DNA of 64,000 nt from a bacterium (lineage in GTDB: Bacteria; RBG-13-61-14; DATKZS01): the NCBI GenBank assembly GCA_963674965.2, contig CAXXFL010000001.1, positions 1,344,001 to 1,408,000 on the forward strand. Reading direction: 5' to 3'. The notes under the pieces were generated by a model, which worked only from the letters and a program-made list of their open reading frames with translations, was not told where the DNA came from and did not search any database. Numbering within the stretch: position 1 is the first letter of the stretch; the number at the start of each line of letters is the position of its first letter. This document shows, one piece after another, positions 19,244 to 29,630 of the stretch. Both the position numbers and the translations under genes were made by a program.

Positions 19244-20596
19244 TCACTTCCCGATCTCCTTTTTGATGTTGCCCGCTATCTCCCGGGCCAGCTTGTCGAT
19301 CTCCTTTTTATTCGGTCCCTCGATCATCACGCGGGCCAGCATCTCCGTGCCCGAGTACCGGACCAAAACCCTTCCCTTTTCGCCCAGCTTCTTCTCGGCC
19401 TTCTCGATGGAAAATTTGACCGAGTCGATCTCGTCCAGATTGGGCTTTTCCTTCACCGGAACGTTAAGAAGGACCTGGGGCGCCCGCTCGAGGATCATGG
19501 CCAGCTCGGAAAGCTTGCGACCCTTCCGGATCATGATCGAGAGTATCTGGAGGGCGCTGATAATGCCGTCTCCCGTGGTCGAGTGGTCCATGAAGACCAG
19601 GTGGCCAGACTGCTCGCCGCCGAAGTTGAAGCTCCTGGCCCTCATCTCCTCGACAACGTAGCGGTCCCCCACCCGGACCCTCTCCATCTTGCCGCCCAGC
19701 TTCTTGATAAGCATGTCCAGGCCCACGTTGCTCATCACCGTCGAGACCAGGGTCTTCTTCTTCAGCTTCTTGCCGGCCAGCATCTCGGCCGCGATGATGG
19801 CCATGACCGCGTCGCCGTCGATCACCGCCCCGTTCTCGTCCACGAAAATGACCCGGTCGGCGTCCCCGTCCAGGGCCACGCCCAGGTTGGCCTTGTGCTT
19901 GACCACCAGCCGGCTGAGCTGCTCGGGGAAAAGGGCCCCGCAGTTTTTGTTGATGTTCTCGCCGTTGGGCTCGACCCCGCAGGTTATCACCTCGGCCCCC
20001 AGCTCACGGAAGATTATGGGGGCGACCTTGTAGGCCGCGCCGTTGGCGCAATCGAGAACTATCTTGATCCCCTCCATGTCCAGGTCGTTGGGAAAGGTGT
20101 TCTTGCAGTGCACGATGTAGCGGCCGGCCGCGTCGTCGATCCTCTTTGACTTCCCTATCTCGTTGGCCGTGGGCCGCAGGGCGTCGATCTTACCCGAGAA
20201 GATCAGGTCCTCGATCCTCTCCTCGTCCTCGTCGGGAAGCTTGAAGCCGTCGCGAGAGAAAATCTTGATCCCGTTGTCCTGGAAAGGATTGTGGGAGGCG
20301 CTCAGCATTATTCCGGCGTCGCAGCGCATGCTGACGGTGAGAAAGGCGATGGCCGGCGTGGGCAGCGGCCCGATCAGCAGCACGTCCACCCCCATCGAGT
20401 TGATACCCGAGGCCAGGGCCTGCTCGAGCATGTAGCCCGAAATCCGGGTGTCCTTGCCGATAAGTATCCTGTGCCGCCGCTTCGAGTTCTTGAAAATATA
20501 AGCGGTGGCCCTCCCTATCTGAATGGCCATCTCCGAGGTAAGGGGAGGAACGTTGGCCACGCCCCTTACTCCGTCGGTACCGAAAAGCTGTCTCAT
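19244..20596 (-). CDS. glmM: Phosphoglucosamine mutase
   Basis: [27 protein letters not shown] motifs. Confidence 0.97.
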   Translation of the reverse strand: MRQLFGTDGVRGVANVPPLTSEMAIQIGRATAYIFKNSKRRHRILIGKDTRISGYMLEQALASGINSMGVDVLLIGPLPTPAIAFLTVSMRCDAGIMLSASHNPFQDNGIKIFSRDGFKLPDEDEERIEDLIFSGKIDALRPTANEIGKSKRIDDAAGRYIVHCKNTFPNDLDMEGIKIVLDCANGAAYKVAPIIFRELGAEVITCGVEPNGENINKNCGALFPEQLSRLVVKHKANLGVALDGDADRVIFVDENGAVIDGDAVMAIIAAEMLAGKKLKKKTLVSTVMSNVGLDMLIKKLGGKMERVRVGDRYVVEEMRARSFNFGGEQSGHLVFMDHSTTGDGIISALQILSIMIRKGRKLSELAMILERAPQVLLNVPVKEKPNLDEIDSVKFSIEKAEKKLGEKGRVLVRYSGTEMLARVMIEGPNKKEIDKLAREIAGNIKKEIGK

Positions 20597-20609
20597 GGCT
20601 ATTCCCTTT

Positions 20610-21824
20610 TCAATTGTCTTTGTGGCCGTAAGCCACGGCCCAGGCCATGTCGGCGTAGGGCTTCACGCCCAGGGGATCGTGAAGCCGGAATATGTGCGCC
20701 CCTCCCAGCACGCCCGCCGCGGTGACCGCCGCGGTGCCGGCGAACCTCTCGCCGATATCCGCGCCCAGGGTCTTTCCGATAAAGGACTTGTTCGAGTGGG
20801 CCAGCATGATCGGCCTTCCCAGGGTCCGGAGCCTCCAGACGTCCCTTATCAGCTCGAGGTTGTGCCCGAGGGTCTTGCCGAACCCGATGCCGGGGTCGAC
20901 GATTATCTTGTCTTCCGCCACGCCCGCGGCCAGGGCCCGGTCCATGCGCTCGCTCAGATACCCTATGACCTCGCTGAAGAGGTCCTCGTAGCGCGGGTCC
21001 TTCTGCATGGTCCTGGGCGTGCCCAGCATGTGCATGAGGCAAAGGGCCGCGCCCGCGTCCGCCGCCACCCGGGCCATTTCGGGGTCGGCCAGGGCGGAAA
21101 CGTCGTTTATCATGGCGGCCCCCGCCTCGACGGCTTTCCGGGCCACTCCGGCCTTTTGCGTGTCGATCGAGATCATCACGCCCGGCGCGGCCAGTCCCTC
21201 GATGACCGGCAGGACCCGAGACAACTCCTCTTCCTCGCTCACCGGGTCCGAGCCCGGACGGGTGCTCTCGCCCCCCACGTCCAGGATCGAGACGCCGCCG
21301 GCGAGAAACTTCTTTCCCTGCCCGATCGCGTCCTCCGCGGCGAAGTGCCTGCCGCCGTCGTAAAAGGAATCGGGCGTGCAGTTGATTATACCCATCAGGA
21401 CCGGACCGTCGCCCAGGACCAGGTCGCCTGCCGGAGTGGGCACGATAAAGCGCCTCCTCTCAGACCTGGCCGAAAGCTCGGTCAGGGACGAGGCGAGCGC
21501 CAAGTCCGCCTCCCCTCCCTCGCCCAGGAGCCGCGCCGCGGAATTGATGTGGTCCGCCAAGCCCATTAAAAGGACGTCGGTGGCCTCGGCCTTGCCCGAA
21601 TAGGCGCCGCTGGACACGGCCGCGTCGGCCCCCACCTGGACCATGACTTTTTTAAGGGCCATGGCCCGGGAGACGGGCACGTTTTTGAGCTTAATCTGGA
21701 GGTACCTGGCCTTGGGGACCATGGCGGCCACGCCGCCTTCTCCCGACCCTATCTCTTCCATCATTCGCCGCGCGTGATCCTCACCCCTCGCGGCGCAAAG
21801 ATGGGCATTGTAACTTAACCCCAT
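20610..21824 (-). CDS. folP: Dihydropteroate synthase with N-terminal extension
   Basis: [31 protein letters not shown] motifs. Start set at ATG 21824, downstream of the promoter. Confidence 0.93.
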   Translation of the reverse strand: MGLSYNAHLCAARGEDHARRMMEEIGSGEGGVAAMVPKARYLQIKLKNVPVSRAMALKKVMVQVGADAAVSSGAYSGKAEATDVLLMGLADHINSAARLLGEGGEADLALASSLTELSARSERRRFIVPTPAGDLVLGDGPVLMGIINCTPDSFYDGGRHFAAEDAIGQGKKFLAGGVSILDVGGESTRPGSDPVSEEEELSRVLPVIEGLAAPGVMISIDTQKAGVARKAVEAGAAMINDVSALADPEMARVAADAGAALCLMHMLGTPRTMQKDPRYEDLFSEVIGYLSERMDRALAAGVAEDKIIVDPGIGFGKTLGHNLELIRDVWRLRTLGRPIMLAHSNKSFIGKTLGADIGERFAGTAAVTAAGVLGGAHIFRLHDPLGVKPYADMAWAVAYGHKDN

Positions 21825-21869
21825 ACCGGAACCTTGCCGTATTAAAATGATATTTGAAAGCAATTATTT

Positions 21870-21898
21870 AGAATATCCTTACCCTTCGCCCAAGTCAA
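21870..21898 (-). promoter_or_regulatory. sigma70-type promoter for the folP-glmM operon
   Basis: Minus strand reads TTGACT-17 nt-TATTCT. Confidence 0.6.
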
Positions 21899-22329
21899 GC
21901 CGAAATGCCGACGGATCAACCTGAATTGATGCCCGTTTAGGCCTTCCGAGGGCTTTTCCAGCTTAAACCGGAAAAAGATGACAGCCTTTCAATAGCCGCC
22001 CGAATTTGCGCCATTTCCCGGCGATAAACGCGTCGAGATGTTGACGCCCACCTCGAATATATTGCCACTCACGGATTCCTCTTCCTGAAAGCCTGACTAT
22101 GAGAGATAAAAAAGAACAAATATTCGGCCACTTAAAACTTTTAACCTGACCCTTTGAATACGGAGGCCTTCGGCGCCGTCTTTGCTCGATAGAAATATGA
22201 AGAAATACCTTGATTTCTTGAAATCGAGAATCAATCCGCTTTTACGCCGACAACGGCAAGATACGAGGATCGAAATGCTCTTCTTTTTTGCCGGGCCGCG
22301 AGAAGCGGGAAAAAAATGGGAGGCCGTGT

Positions 22330-25300
22330 ATGCACATTTTTCTCATCAGCGTTTGCCTTGACGCCAAGGATTACGTGGGACGATGCATCGAGAGCGTAAA
22401 AATCCAGACCCATGAGGACTGGAGCATGCTCATCGTTGTGGACGACTCGGCCGAACATGAAGGCGCCAGGCTTACCCTCGAGGCTGCCGGGAAAGAAGCG
22501 GCCGGCGATAAGCGGATCAAGGTGATCGGTTCTCCCGGCCGGCGCTACGCCTTAAGGAACCGAGTCGAGGGCATTGATCGATATTGCCCGCACGACGCGG
22601 TGGTGGCCAAGCTCGACGCCGACGACTATCTCTCCGACCCCGGCGCTCTCGCCGCGATAAGCGAACGATACGATAGGGACCCCGAATTGGACGCCCTCTG
22701 GACCCAGTTCGTGACCGACAAGGGAGAGAGAGGATTCTGCCGGGACATGCCCTCGGAGGCCGACGCGGCGGACTATAAATGGGTGACCTCCCACATGCAG
22801 ACCTTCCGCAAGAGACTCCTTTGGGGAGTCGGCAGGGAGGTATTCCTCGAGAATGGGGACGACTGGTGGAAGACCGCCACCGACCAGGCCCTTTACCTTC
22901 CCCTTTTGAACCTGGCGAAAAAAAGGACCTTCCTAAACCGGGTCTGCTACGTTTACCGGACCGGGGTTGGAACGAACAAGTCCGATGAGCAGCTCGAGGC
23001 CGAGCGGGGCATAAGGAGGGCCGTGAAAAAGGACAAAGTTGGGACTTCCCGGAACGTCTTGTTCCTGGTCAGCGGACCGGGCCACTCGCCCGACCGCCGC
23101 TTCTGGCAGGGAGAGCGCCGCGCTCCCATCGGCATCCTTTCCATGTCCGCTCACCTTCGGGCGCGCGGCCACTCGGTCAGGCTTTTCGACCGGTTCCTGG
23201 ATCCGAGCGTTTTCCCGCCGGACCAAGACCTTCTCGATTGGGCCGACGTCGTCGGCGTTTACGTTTCGACGCCCAACGTGAAGGACGGGGAATGGATACT
23301 GGGCGAGGTCCGGCGCAAGGGCTTCAAGGGAAACCTTTTGGCCGGCGGTCCCCATTCCGTTCTTTATCCGGACCAGATACTCGGGTGGGGGGCGGATTTC
23401 GCGGCGACCTTCGAGAGCGACTTCGCCATATCCAAGCTGGTCGAGAACAAGCTCGACCTGTTGCCTCCCAAACGGCTCGATTATCTGGACGCCCTGCCCT
23501 TTCCCGACTATCACCTCGTCCGCTCTCAGGGCATCGAGTACATTGACTGGTGGCCCTTCGGTCCGCACAAGCCGGTCATGAACCTCAACACCTCGAGGGG
23601 CTGCCCCTTCAACTGCGCCTTTTGCGACCAGCGCGCCATCTGGGGCCGCAAGTGGACGGGGCAAAGCGCCGAGCGGGTGGTTCTAGACGTTGATTATATT
23701 CAGCGGGAGTTCGGGGCGGCGGCGGTCTACTTCCGGGAGGACAATTTTGGATGCGATCCGAGGCGTCTGGTTTCATTTTGCGAGTCGATGAAGTCTCGAG
23801 TCGAGTCCGGCGTATCTCCTCTATACTGGGCCTGCGAGGTCCGGGCCGACAGGGGCAAGGACGCCGACCTGGTAAAGTTGATGGCCGAGGCCGGCTGCCG
23901 AGGCTTTTACGTGGGGGCCGAGTCGGGCAGCGACGCCATGTTAAAGAGGATGCAAAAGGGCATCACGGCGGACCAGATCGAGGCCACCTGCGATAATGCG
24001 CGCGCTCACGGCGTTCATGTGGCCTTGAGCCTTATCGACGGCTTTCCCGGGGAGACCGAGGAGGACGTGAAGCTGACGGACGCCTTGATCGAGCGGGCCC
24101 GTCCCGCTCACGTATGGCGCAACAAGTACCGCCGCCCGGTCGAGGTGGCCCCGTCCCCGAGCGAGCGCCGGTCCTTTGACCTTGAGGCCCCCGTGATCGG
24201 CGGCGATTACTCGGGCGAGACCTTCATCGAGGAGAGGGGAGCGCGGAACCTGGCGGAGATGACGGCGGGCGTTCGCCTCGAGGAGGGCCATCGGGTGCTC
24301 GAGGTGTCAGCGGCGGGACCGCGCATGGCGGAAAAGATCGAGGCCGCCCATCCCGGCGTCGAGACCATCGTGGCCATGACCTCCTCCTCCATGCTCGAGT
24401 ACGCCAGGAACCGCTCGGCCTTTAAGGGCAAGCTCATCCCCTTGAACGGCGCGCGCCTGAGCGTGGCCGAGAACAGGATCGACTTCGCCTATTCCTTTTC
24501 CGGCCTCGAGTTCCTGGGCAAGGAAAAGGCCTACCAGACCCTGAAGGACATTAAAAGGGCGCTGACTCCCGGCGGCTTGCTCCGGTTCTGCGTGCCCGAC
24601 CTTTCCCATCCGCGCGTGGCCGGGGAGATGAAGGAGGGGCAAGGAGGGCCGGACGATTTTTCCGCCGCCCATCCCGCAGGCTGTTACCTGAAGGAGGAGC
24701 TTGAGGCCTGGTCGCGTCTCCTGGGCTTCGAGGAGGTTGAGGTCTCCAGGTTCGATCCCATGGAGGAAATGGTGGGCGAGCCGGAGACGCCGGGCCATTA
24801 TCTTAAGGTGACCTGGCGAAAGCCCGGGCGCGGCTCGGCGGCGGCCGCCGGCGCGGACGATCTAAAGGTTTCGCTTATCGTGGTGGGGGCCGGGGACGAC
24901 CATGAGGCCCCGGCGCTCGAGTCCATGGTGGCGGCCAAGCTTCCATCCTCCCGTTTCGAGATGGTCTGGGCCGGTCCCCGGGACAAGGAGCCCCAGATCG
25001 TCTCGGAAAATGGAGGGATCGTCGCCGCGCCGGTCGGAGAGGACAAGGCCGGCCACTTCGGCAAGATGGCCAACGAGGGCGCCAGGCGAAGCTCGGGCGA
25101 CCTCCTCGTCTTTATAGATTACCGCCTCCAGGACGTACGAGACCTGATCGGCCGCGTGGTCGCCCTCCACTCCTCGGACCCCAGGCTGACAACGGCCAGG
25201 CGGGCCTCGGGAAAAGCCGCGACCGGCTCGGCGCGGTCGGTGTCCAGGCGGTGGTTCATCGAGACCAACGGCTTCAGCGAGCTTCCCGAGCTGTCCGGAT

Positions 25301-25506
25301 CGAGGGAAGCGGGGCTTGAATTCTGGCAGAGGCTCGTCAACCTGGGCCTCAACCATAAATGGGTCCTTGCCGAAGCTGACGGCGACGAGACCGGAGAGAC
25401 GGGCGAGGGTCCGGACTTGGTTCGCGATCATTACTTCGAGGAATTTCTGGGGCACGTGGCCGCTTCCGGCTCGAGCCGGGCGGCCAGGGGCTTAAGGTCA
25501 AGATAA
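22330..25506 (+). CDS. Multidomain GT2 glycosyltransferase / B12-binding radical SAM / class I methyltransferase-like / degenerate GT protein
   Basis: GT2 N-terminus (YVGRCIESVKIQTHEDW...VDD; KLDADD); B12 domain (PIGILSMSAHLR...GGPH); RGCPFNCAFC CxxxCxxC; VGAESGS; MTase-like segment (RVLEVS...LTPGG); C-terminal NEGARRSSGDLLVFID. ATG 22330 has a GGGAGG RBS. Confidence 0.85.
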   Translation: MHIFLISVCLDAKDYVGRCIESVKIQTHEDWSMLIVVDDSAEHEGARLTLEAAGKEAAGDKRIKVIGSPGRRYALRNRVEGIDRYCPHDAVVAKLDADDYLSDPGALAAISERYDRDPELDALWTQFVTDKGERGFCRDMPSEADAADYKWVTSHMQTFRKRLLWGVGREVFLENGDDWWKTATDQALYLPLLNLAKKRTFLNRVCYVYRTGVGTNKSDEQLEAERGIRRAVKKDKVGTSRNVLFLVSGPGHSPDRRFWQGERRAPIGILSMSAHLRARGHSVRLFDRFLDPSVFPPDQDLLDWADVVGVYVSTPNVKDGEWILGEVRRKGFKGNLLAGGPHSVLYPDQILGWGADFAATFESDFAISKLVENKLDLLPPKRLDYLDALPFPDYHLVRSQGIEYIDWWPFGPHKPVMNLNTSRGCPFNCAFCDQRAIWGRKWTGQSAERVVLDVDYIQREFGAAAVYFREDNFGCDPRRLVSFCESMKSRVESGVSPLYWACEVRADRGKDADLVKLMAEAGCRGFYVGAESGSDAMLKRMQKGITADQIEATCDNARAHGVHVALSLIDGFPGETEEDVKLTDALIERARPAHVWRNKYRRPVEVAPSPSERRSFDLEAPVIGGDYSGETFIEERGARNLAEMTAGVRLEEGHRVLEVSAAGPRMAEKIEAAHPGVETIVAMTSSSMLEYARNRSAFKGKLIPLNGARLSVAENRIDFAYSFSGLEFLGKEKAYQTLKDIKRALTPGGLLRFCVPDLSHPRVAGEMKEGQGGPDDFSAAHPAGCYLKEELEAWSRLLGFEEVEVSRFDPMEEMVGEPETPGHYLKVTWRKPGRGSAAAAGADDLKVSLIVVGAGDDHEAPALESMVAAKLPSSRFEMVWAGPRDKEPQIVSENGGIVAAPVGEDKAGHFGKMANEGARRSSGDLLVFIDYRLQDVRDLIGRVVALHSSDPRLTTARRASGKAATGSARSVSRRWFIETNGFSELPELSGSREAGLEFWQRLVNLGLNHKWVLAEADGDETGETGEGPDLVRDHYFEEFLGHVAASGSSRAARGLRSR

Positions 25507-25542
25507 GGAACGTCCGCGATAAATTACTATCGGAGGAGACCA

Positions 25543-27378
25543 ATGAAGAAAAAACCGTTTAACGATCTTTACAGGTTCGCGGCCAACTCCGCGCTTGGTC
25601 TTGGCGCGAGAAAAATAATCGACGTGGGCGGCGGCGTCCCCGATCCGCTTCGGGGTTTTTATCCGAGGCTCGAGACCGTCTGCCTTTGCTCGAGGGACCG
25701 GGCGGCCGGTATCGAGGCGGTCTTCCCCGAGGCCGTCATTAGGGAACTTTCGCCCGGCCGAGGCCTGGAAGGGATAAAGGACGAGGAAATTGTCGAGTCC
25801 CTGCTTTTGTGCCTCGATCTTCCCGACGAGGAGGAAAGCCGCCGTCTCATGCTTCGAGATATCCGGGAGGCCGCGGGAAAAGCCGTTGGCGCGATCATCG
25901 GCGCGAAGGCTGGCGGGGCCTTTTCCGACACGGCTGGTTTCGAGCGGGAGCTTGAGGAGGCGGGCCTGACCGCTAGCTTCCTTGGCCGGGCCAGGGCGGA
26001 GTCGAGCCAAAAGGACCGCTTCGTGGCCATCGTCGAAAAAGACGCGGCCAAGGCCCATGCCAAGGCGCCTGACGACTTCAAAGTCATGGCCATCATGACG
26101 GCCTACAACGAGGAGGACGTAATCGAGGCCAGCATCGGGAAGCTTATCGCCCAGGGCGTCGAGGTCTATCTGATTGACAACTGGTCCACCGACGCCACGG
26201 CCGAGCGGGCCGAGCGTTATCTGGGACATGGCCTCGCGGGCCTGGAAAAGTTTCCCCCCCAGGGACCGCCGCCCTATTATGAGTGGGGCCGCCTCTTGGG
26301 CCGGGTGGAGGAGTTGTCTTCCACCCTCGAGGCCGACTGGTTCATCCATCACGACGCGGACGAGGCGCGGCTCTCCCCCTGGCCGGGCGTGAGCCTGAGA
26401 GACGGCCTTTACCGCGTCGACGCCATGGGCTATAACGCCATCGATCACGCGGTCCTGAATTTCCAGCCCACCGGCGAGGGCTTTCCCAACGGCGCCGATT
26501 TCGAGGCCCATCTCAATTATTTCGAGTTCGGCGGGTTCGCGGGCCATTTCAACCAGAAGAAGGCCTGGAAGGATCTGGGTTATAAAGTCGACCTCCGCTC
26601 GACCGCGGGGCACGAGGTCAAGTTCCCGGGCAGAAAGGTCTACCCCTTCCATTTTCTGCTCAAGCACTATCCCGCGCGCTCGGCCGAGCACGGGGAGAGG
26701 AAGGTCTTTCACGACCGCAAGGCCAGGTGGGACCCCGCCGAGCGGGCGGCGGGCTGGCATTCCCATTACGACGCCATCGGGAAAGGACACGAGTTCACGC
26801 GCGACCCGGCGACGTTGATCGAGTTCGACTCGTGCTCCTTTCACGAGGAATTCCTCCTCGAGCGCCTGTCGGGCATAGGCGTGAAAAGCGCCCTCCCGGC
26901 GCGGGCAAGCGATAACAACGAGGACCACCGGCAAGAGGCCGGACGGACGGCCGCGGGCGGCATGTTTTTCAATTGCAGCGGCGCGCTTCAATCGCGGATC
27001 GACGAGGCCACGCGGCTGGCGCAAGAGGGAAGGCTCGAGGAGGCCGCGGCCGGTTTCGAGTCCGTCTCGCGCTCGGCTCCGGACCTTGTGGATATCTATC
27101 CGGTCCTTTGCGACCTATATCTGGCCATGGGCAGGGCGGACCTTCCCCGCTCGTGGATCGTGGCCGCTGCGGCCGTTTCCCCGGAGGCGGCCTCGACCTT
27201 CGTCGAGGTGGGGGTGAGGCTGTTCCTGGAGGGACTGGTTCGTCCGGCCATCAAGACGTTGTCCTCGGTGGTGGAGGCCGACCCCGACAACAAGGCGGCG
27301 TGGAAGGACCTGGCGGCCATATTCCACGCGGTGGGACGGACGGACAACTCGGGCAGGTGCATGGCCCGGGCCAGGTAA
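25543..27378 (+). CDS. GT2-family glycosyltransferase with N-terminal MTase-like remnant and C-terminal TPRs
   Basis: AYNEEDVI, IDNWSTD, HHDADE GT2 motifs; IIDVGGG at the N-terminus; TPR-like helices at the C-terminus. Confidence 0.85.
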   Translation: MKKKPFNDLYRFAANSALGLGARKIIDVGGGVPDPLRGFYPRLETVCLCSRDRAAGIEAVFPEAVIRELSPGRGLEGIKDEEIVESLLLCLDLPDEEESRRLMLRDIREAAGKAVGAIIGAKAGGAFSDTAGFERELEEAGLTASFLGRARAESSQKDRFVAIVEKDAAKAHAKAPDDFKVMAIMTAYNEEDVIEASIGKLIAQGVEVYLIDNWSTDATAERAERYLGHGLAGLEKFPPQGPPPYYEWGRLLGRVEELSSTLEADWFIHHDADEARLSPWPGVSLRDGLYRVDAMGYNAIDHAVLNFQPTGEGFPNGADFEAHLNYFEFGGFAGHFNQKKAWKDLGYKVDLRSTAGHEVKFPGRKVYPFHFLLKHYPARSAEHGERKVFHDRKARWDPAERAAGWHSHYDAIGKGHEFTRDPATLIEFDSCSFHEEFLLERLSGIGVKSALPARASDNNEDHRQEAGRTAAGGMFFNCSGALQSRIDEATRLAQEGRLEEAAAGFESVSRSAPDLVDIYPVLCDLYLAMGRADLPRSWIVAAAAVSPEAASTFVEVGVRLFLEGLVRPAIKTLSSVVEADPDNKAAWKDLAAIFHAVGRTDNSGRCMARAR

Positions 27379-27387
27379 AGGCCGGGT

Positions 27388-28527
27388 CTAAACCTCCCGG
27401 GCCGCCTCCCTGGCGATGACCATCTTCTGGACCTCGCTGGTACCCTCGTAAATGGTGGTTACTCGAGCGTCCCGGTAGAGGCGCTCGATGGCGAAATCCT
27501 TGGTGTATCCGTATCCGCCGTGAATCTGTAGGGCCTTATAAGCGGCCTTGTTCAGCTCCTCCGATGCGAAGAGCTTGGCGATGGACGCCTCCTTGGCGAA
27601 GTCGCCTCCCGATTCCTTGAGAGACGCCGCGGAAAGACAAAGCAGGGTCGCGGCCTCGAGGCTGGTCGCCATCTCGGCGATCATCCATTGAATGGCCTGA
27701 TGGCCAATAAGGGGCTTTTTGAACTGCCGCCGCTCGCTCGCGTAGTGCACGGCCTCCTTCAAGCAGGCCGATATCATGCCCGAGGCCTGGGCCGCTATGC
27801 CGATCCTGCCCGAGAAGAGCGCCCGCGTGACCACCTTGAGCCCGTCGCCCTCCCCGCCGATAAGGTTCTCGGCCGGGACCTTGCAGTCCTCGAAGACAAG
27901 CTCGACCGTGTCGCTGGCGCGAAGGCCCATCTTCTCGACCTTGGCCCCGACGCTGAACCCCGGCGTTCCCCTTTCCACGGCAAAGGCGCTTATGCCCCGC
28001 CCGCCGCCGGGAGAGGTCCGGGCCAGCACGATGACCACGCCCGCCTTGCCGCCGTTGGTGATAAAGACCTTGGTCCCGTTAAGGACGTAGACGTTTCCCC
28101 GTTTTTCCGCCCGGCAGCTGACCTCGGCCAGGTTCGAGCCCGCGTCGGGCTCGGTAAGGGCAAAGGCCCCCAGTATCTTGCCCGAGGCCAGCGGCGCGAG
28201 CAATCTCTCCTTTTGCTCGTCGGTCCCGAAAAGGCTTAGGGGCTCGCAGGCCAGGTTGGTCACGCTCATGGTGACGGCCGTCGAGGCGCAGGCGCGGGCT
28301 ATTTCCATCACGGCCAGGGCGTAGGCCACGGCCCCGACCTCGGAGCCGCCGAAGCGGATGGGGACCATCATGCCGAGCAGGCCCAGCTCTCCCATCTTTT
28401 TGACCAGGTCCAGGGGAAACTCGCCGTCCCGGTCGCGCCGCGCCGCTCCTGGCGCGACCTCCTTGCGAGCGAACTGCTCGACCATGCTCCGGATCATCTC
28501 CTGCTCGGGCGTAAGGGGGAAGTTCAT
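27388..28527 (-). CDS. Acyl-CoA dehydrogenase (short-chain/butyryl-CoA type)
   Basis: GAFALTEPDAGS, NGTKVFITNG, QIHGGYGY, IYEGTSEVQK motifs. Confidence 0.93.
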   Translation of the reverse strand: MNFPLTPEQEMIRSMVEQFARKEVAPGAARRDRDGEFPLDLVKKMGELGLLGMMVPIRFGGSEVGAVAYALAVMEIARACASTAVTMSVTNLACEPLSLFGTDEQKERLLAPLASGKILGAFALTEPDAGSNLAEVSCRAEKRGNVYVLNGTKVFITNGGKAGVVIVLARTSPGGGRGISAFAVERGTPGFSVGAKVEKMGLRASDTVELVFEDCKVPAENLIGGEGDGLKVVTRALFSGRIGIAAQASGMISACLKEAVHYASERRQFKKPLIGHQAIQWMIAEMATSLEAATLLCLSAASLKESGGDFAKEASIAKLFASEELNKAAYKALQIHGGYGYTKDFAIERLYRDARVTTIYEGTSEVQKMVIAREAAREV

Positions 28528-28534
28528 CTCGGTC

Positions 28535-29086
28535 TCACTTCGGATGAATGACGACCAAAAGGATGGTCGTTTCCTTGCCGGGGTTGCTTAGCTGGTGCCT
28601 CTTGCCCGAGTCGAAATGCACGCTCTGGCCCGGCCCGAGTTGGCTGGTCTTGCGCCCGATCTTGATTTTGAGCTTGCCGGCCAGGACGTAAATGAACTCC
28701 TCTCCCTCGTGGCGGTATCTTACGCCCTCGTGGTCGCTCCCGGGATCGATGGTCACGCGGAAGGCCATGAGCCGCAGGTCCTTGCTTCCCTCGGACAGGG
28801 TCTCGTAGGCGTAATCCTCGGTTCGGGTCGAGAGGGCCTTGGCCCTCTTGGCGGGGGAAGCCTTGGCCGGTTCTCCCTCCATGAAGGCCGAGGGCTCGAC
28901 CGAGAGGGCGCGAGCGAGAGTCAGTATCTGGGCCACCGGCGGCAGGACTTCGTCGTTTTCAATCCTGGCCAGATAAGAGGATTTCAATTTAAGCTGCAAG
29001 CCCAGGTCCTCGAGGCTGAGCCCTTCTCTTTCACGCAGTTTTTTCAGCTTTTCGCCGAGGGATTCCGATTTTTTCCTAGACGGCAT
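28535..29086 (-). CDS. XRE-family HTH + cupin transcriptional regulator
   Basis: LGEKLKKLRE...LARIEND HTH_3; HEGEEFIYVL...FDS..H cupin. Confidence 0.9.
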   Translation of the reverse strand: MPSRKKSESLGEKLKKLREREGLSLEDLGLQLKLKSSYLARIENDEVLPPVAQILTLARALSVEPSAFMEGEPAKASPAKRAKALSTRTEDYAYETLSEGSKDLRLMAFRVTIDPGSDHEGVRYRHEGEEFIYVLAGKLKIKIGRKTSQLGPGQSVHFDSGKRHQLSNPGKETTILLVVIHPK

Positions 29087-29167
29087 GAAGCCTCCCTTGA
29101 TATCGATCTTGCGCCCGGGCCCGGTCGGGTCTTGGTCGAGTGACCGGTCCAGGCGGCGAGGATATGG

Positions 29168-29518
29168 CTAAAATCCCCTGGAGAGTTCCTCGATGTAGTT
29201 CTTGAGCCGCTCAACGTCCTGGGGGGAGAGGTCGAGGAACTTGATGCCCATTCCCGCCAGCACCTGGTAATCGCCCAACTCGGTGGTGACCGACCTCATG
29301 ACCTCGGCCGTTGCCCTTACGTCGGGCTGGCCGTCGGGAAGACTGAACTCTAGATGAAGAAGGGTTCCCACCGGGTACGGATTCAGGCTCTCGAGGAACA
29401 TGCCGCCGGCGCTTAAGTCCCTCGAGTAATAGTAGTGACTGGTCGAGAAGGCGTCCGTGACCTTGATCACCACGTCTACCCTGCGATGTCTTCGCTTCTC
29501 GGTAAAGGAATCCGCCAA
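29168..29518 (-). CDS. PilZ-domain protein
   Basis: EKRRHRR and DLSAGGMF c-di-GMP motifs; GMGIKF. Confidence 0.85.
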   Translation of the reverse strand: MADSFTEKRRHRRVDVVIKVTDAFSTSHYYYSRDLSAGGMFLESLNPYPVGTLLHLEFSLPDGQPDVRATAEVMRSVTTELGDYQVLAGMGIKFLDLSPQDVERLKNYIEELSRGF

Positions 29519-29630
29519 TTAATTTCCTCCGCTAAATCGGTCGGGAACGGCCGATGGCGTATAATGAAAACGCCCATATCAGGTATATAATAATCGGGGG
29601 GCGATGTAAACGCTCGCAAAGGAGACGGCC

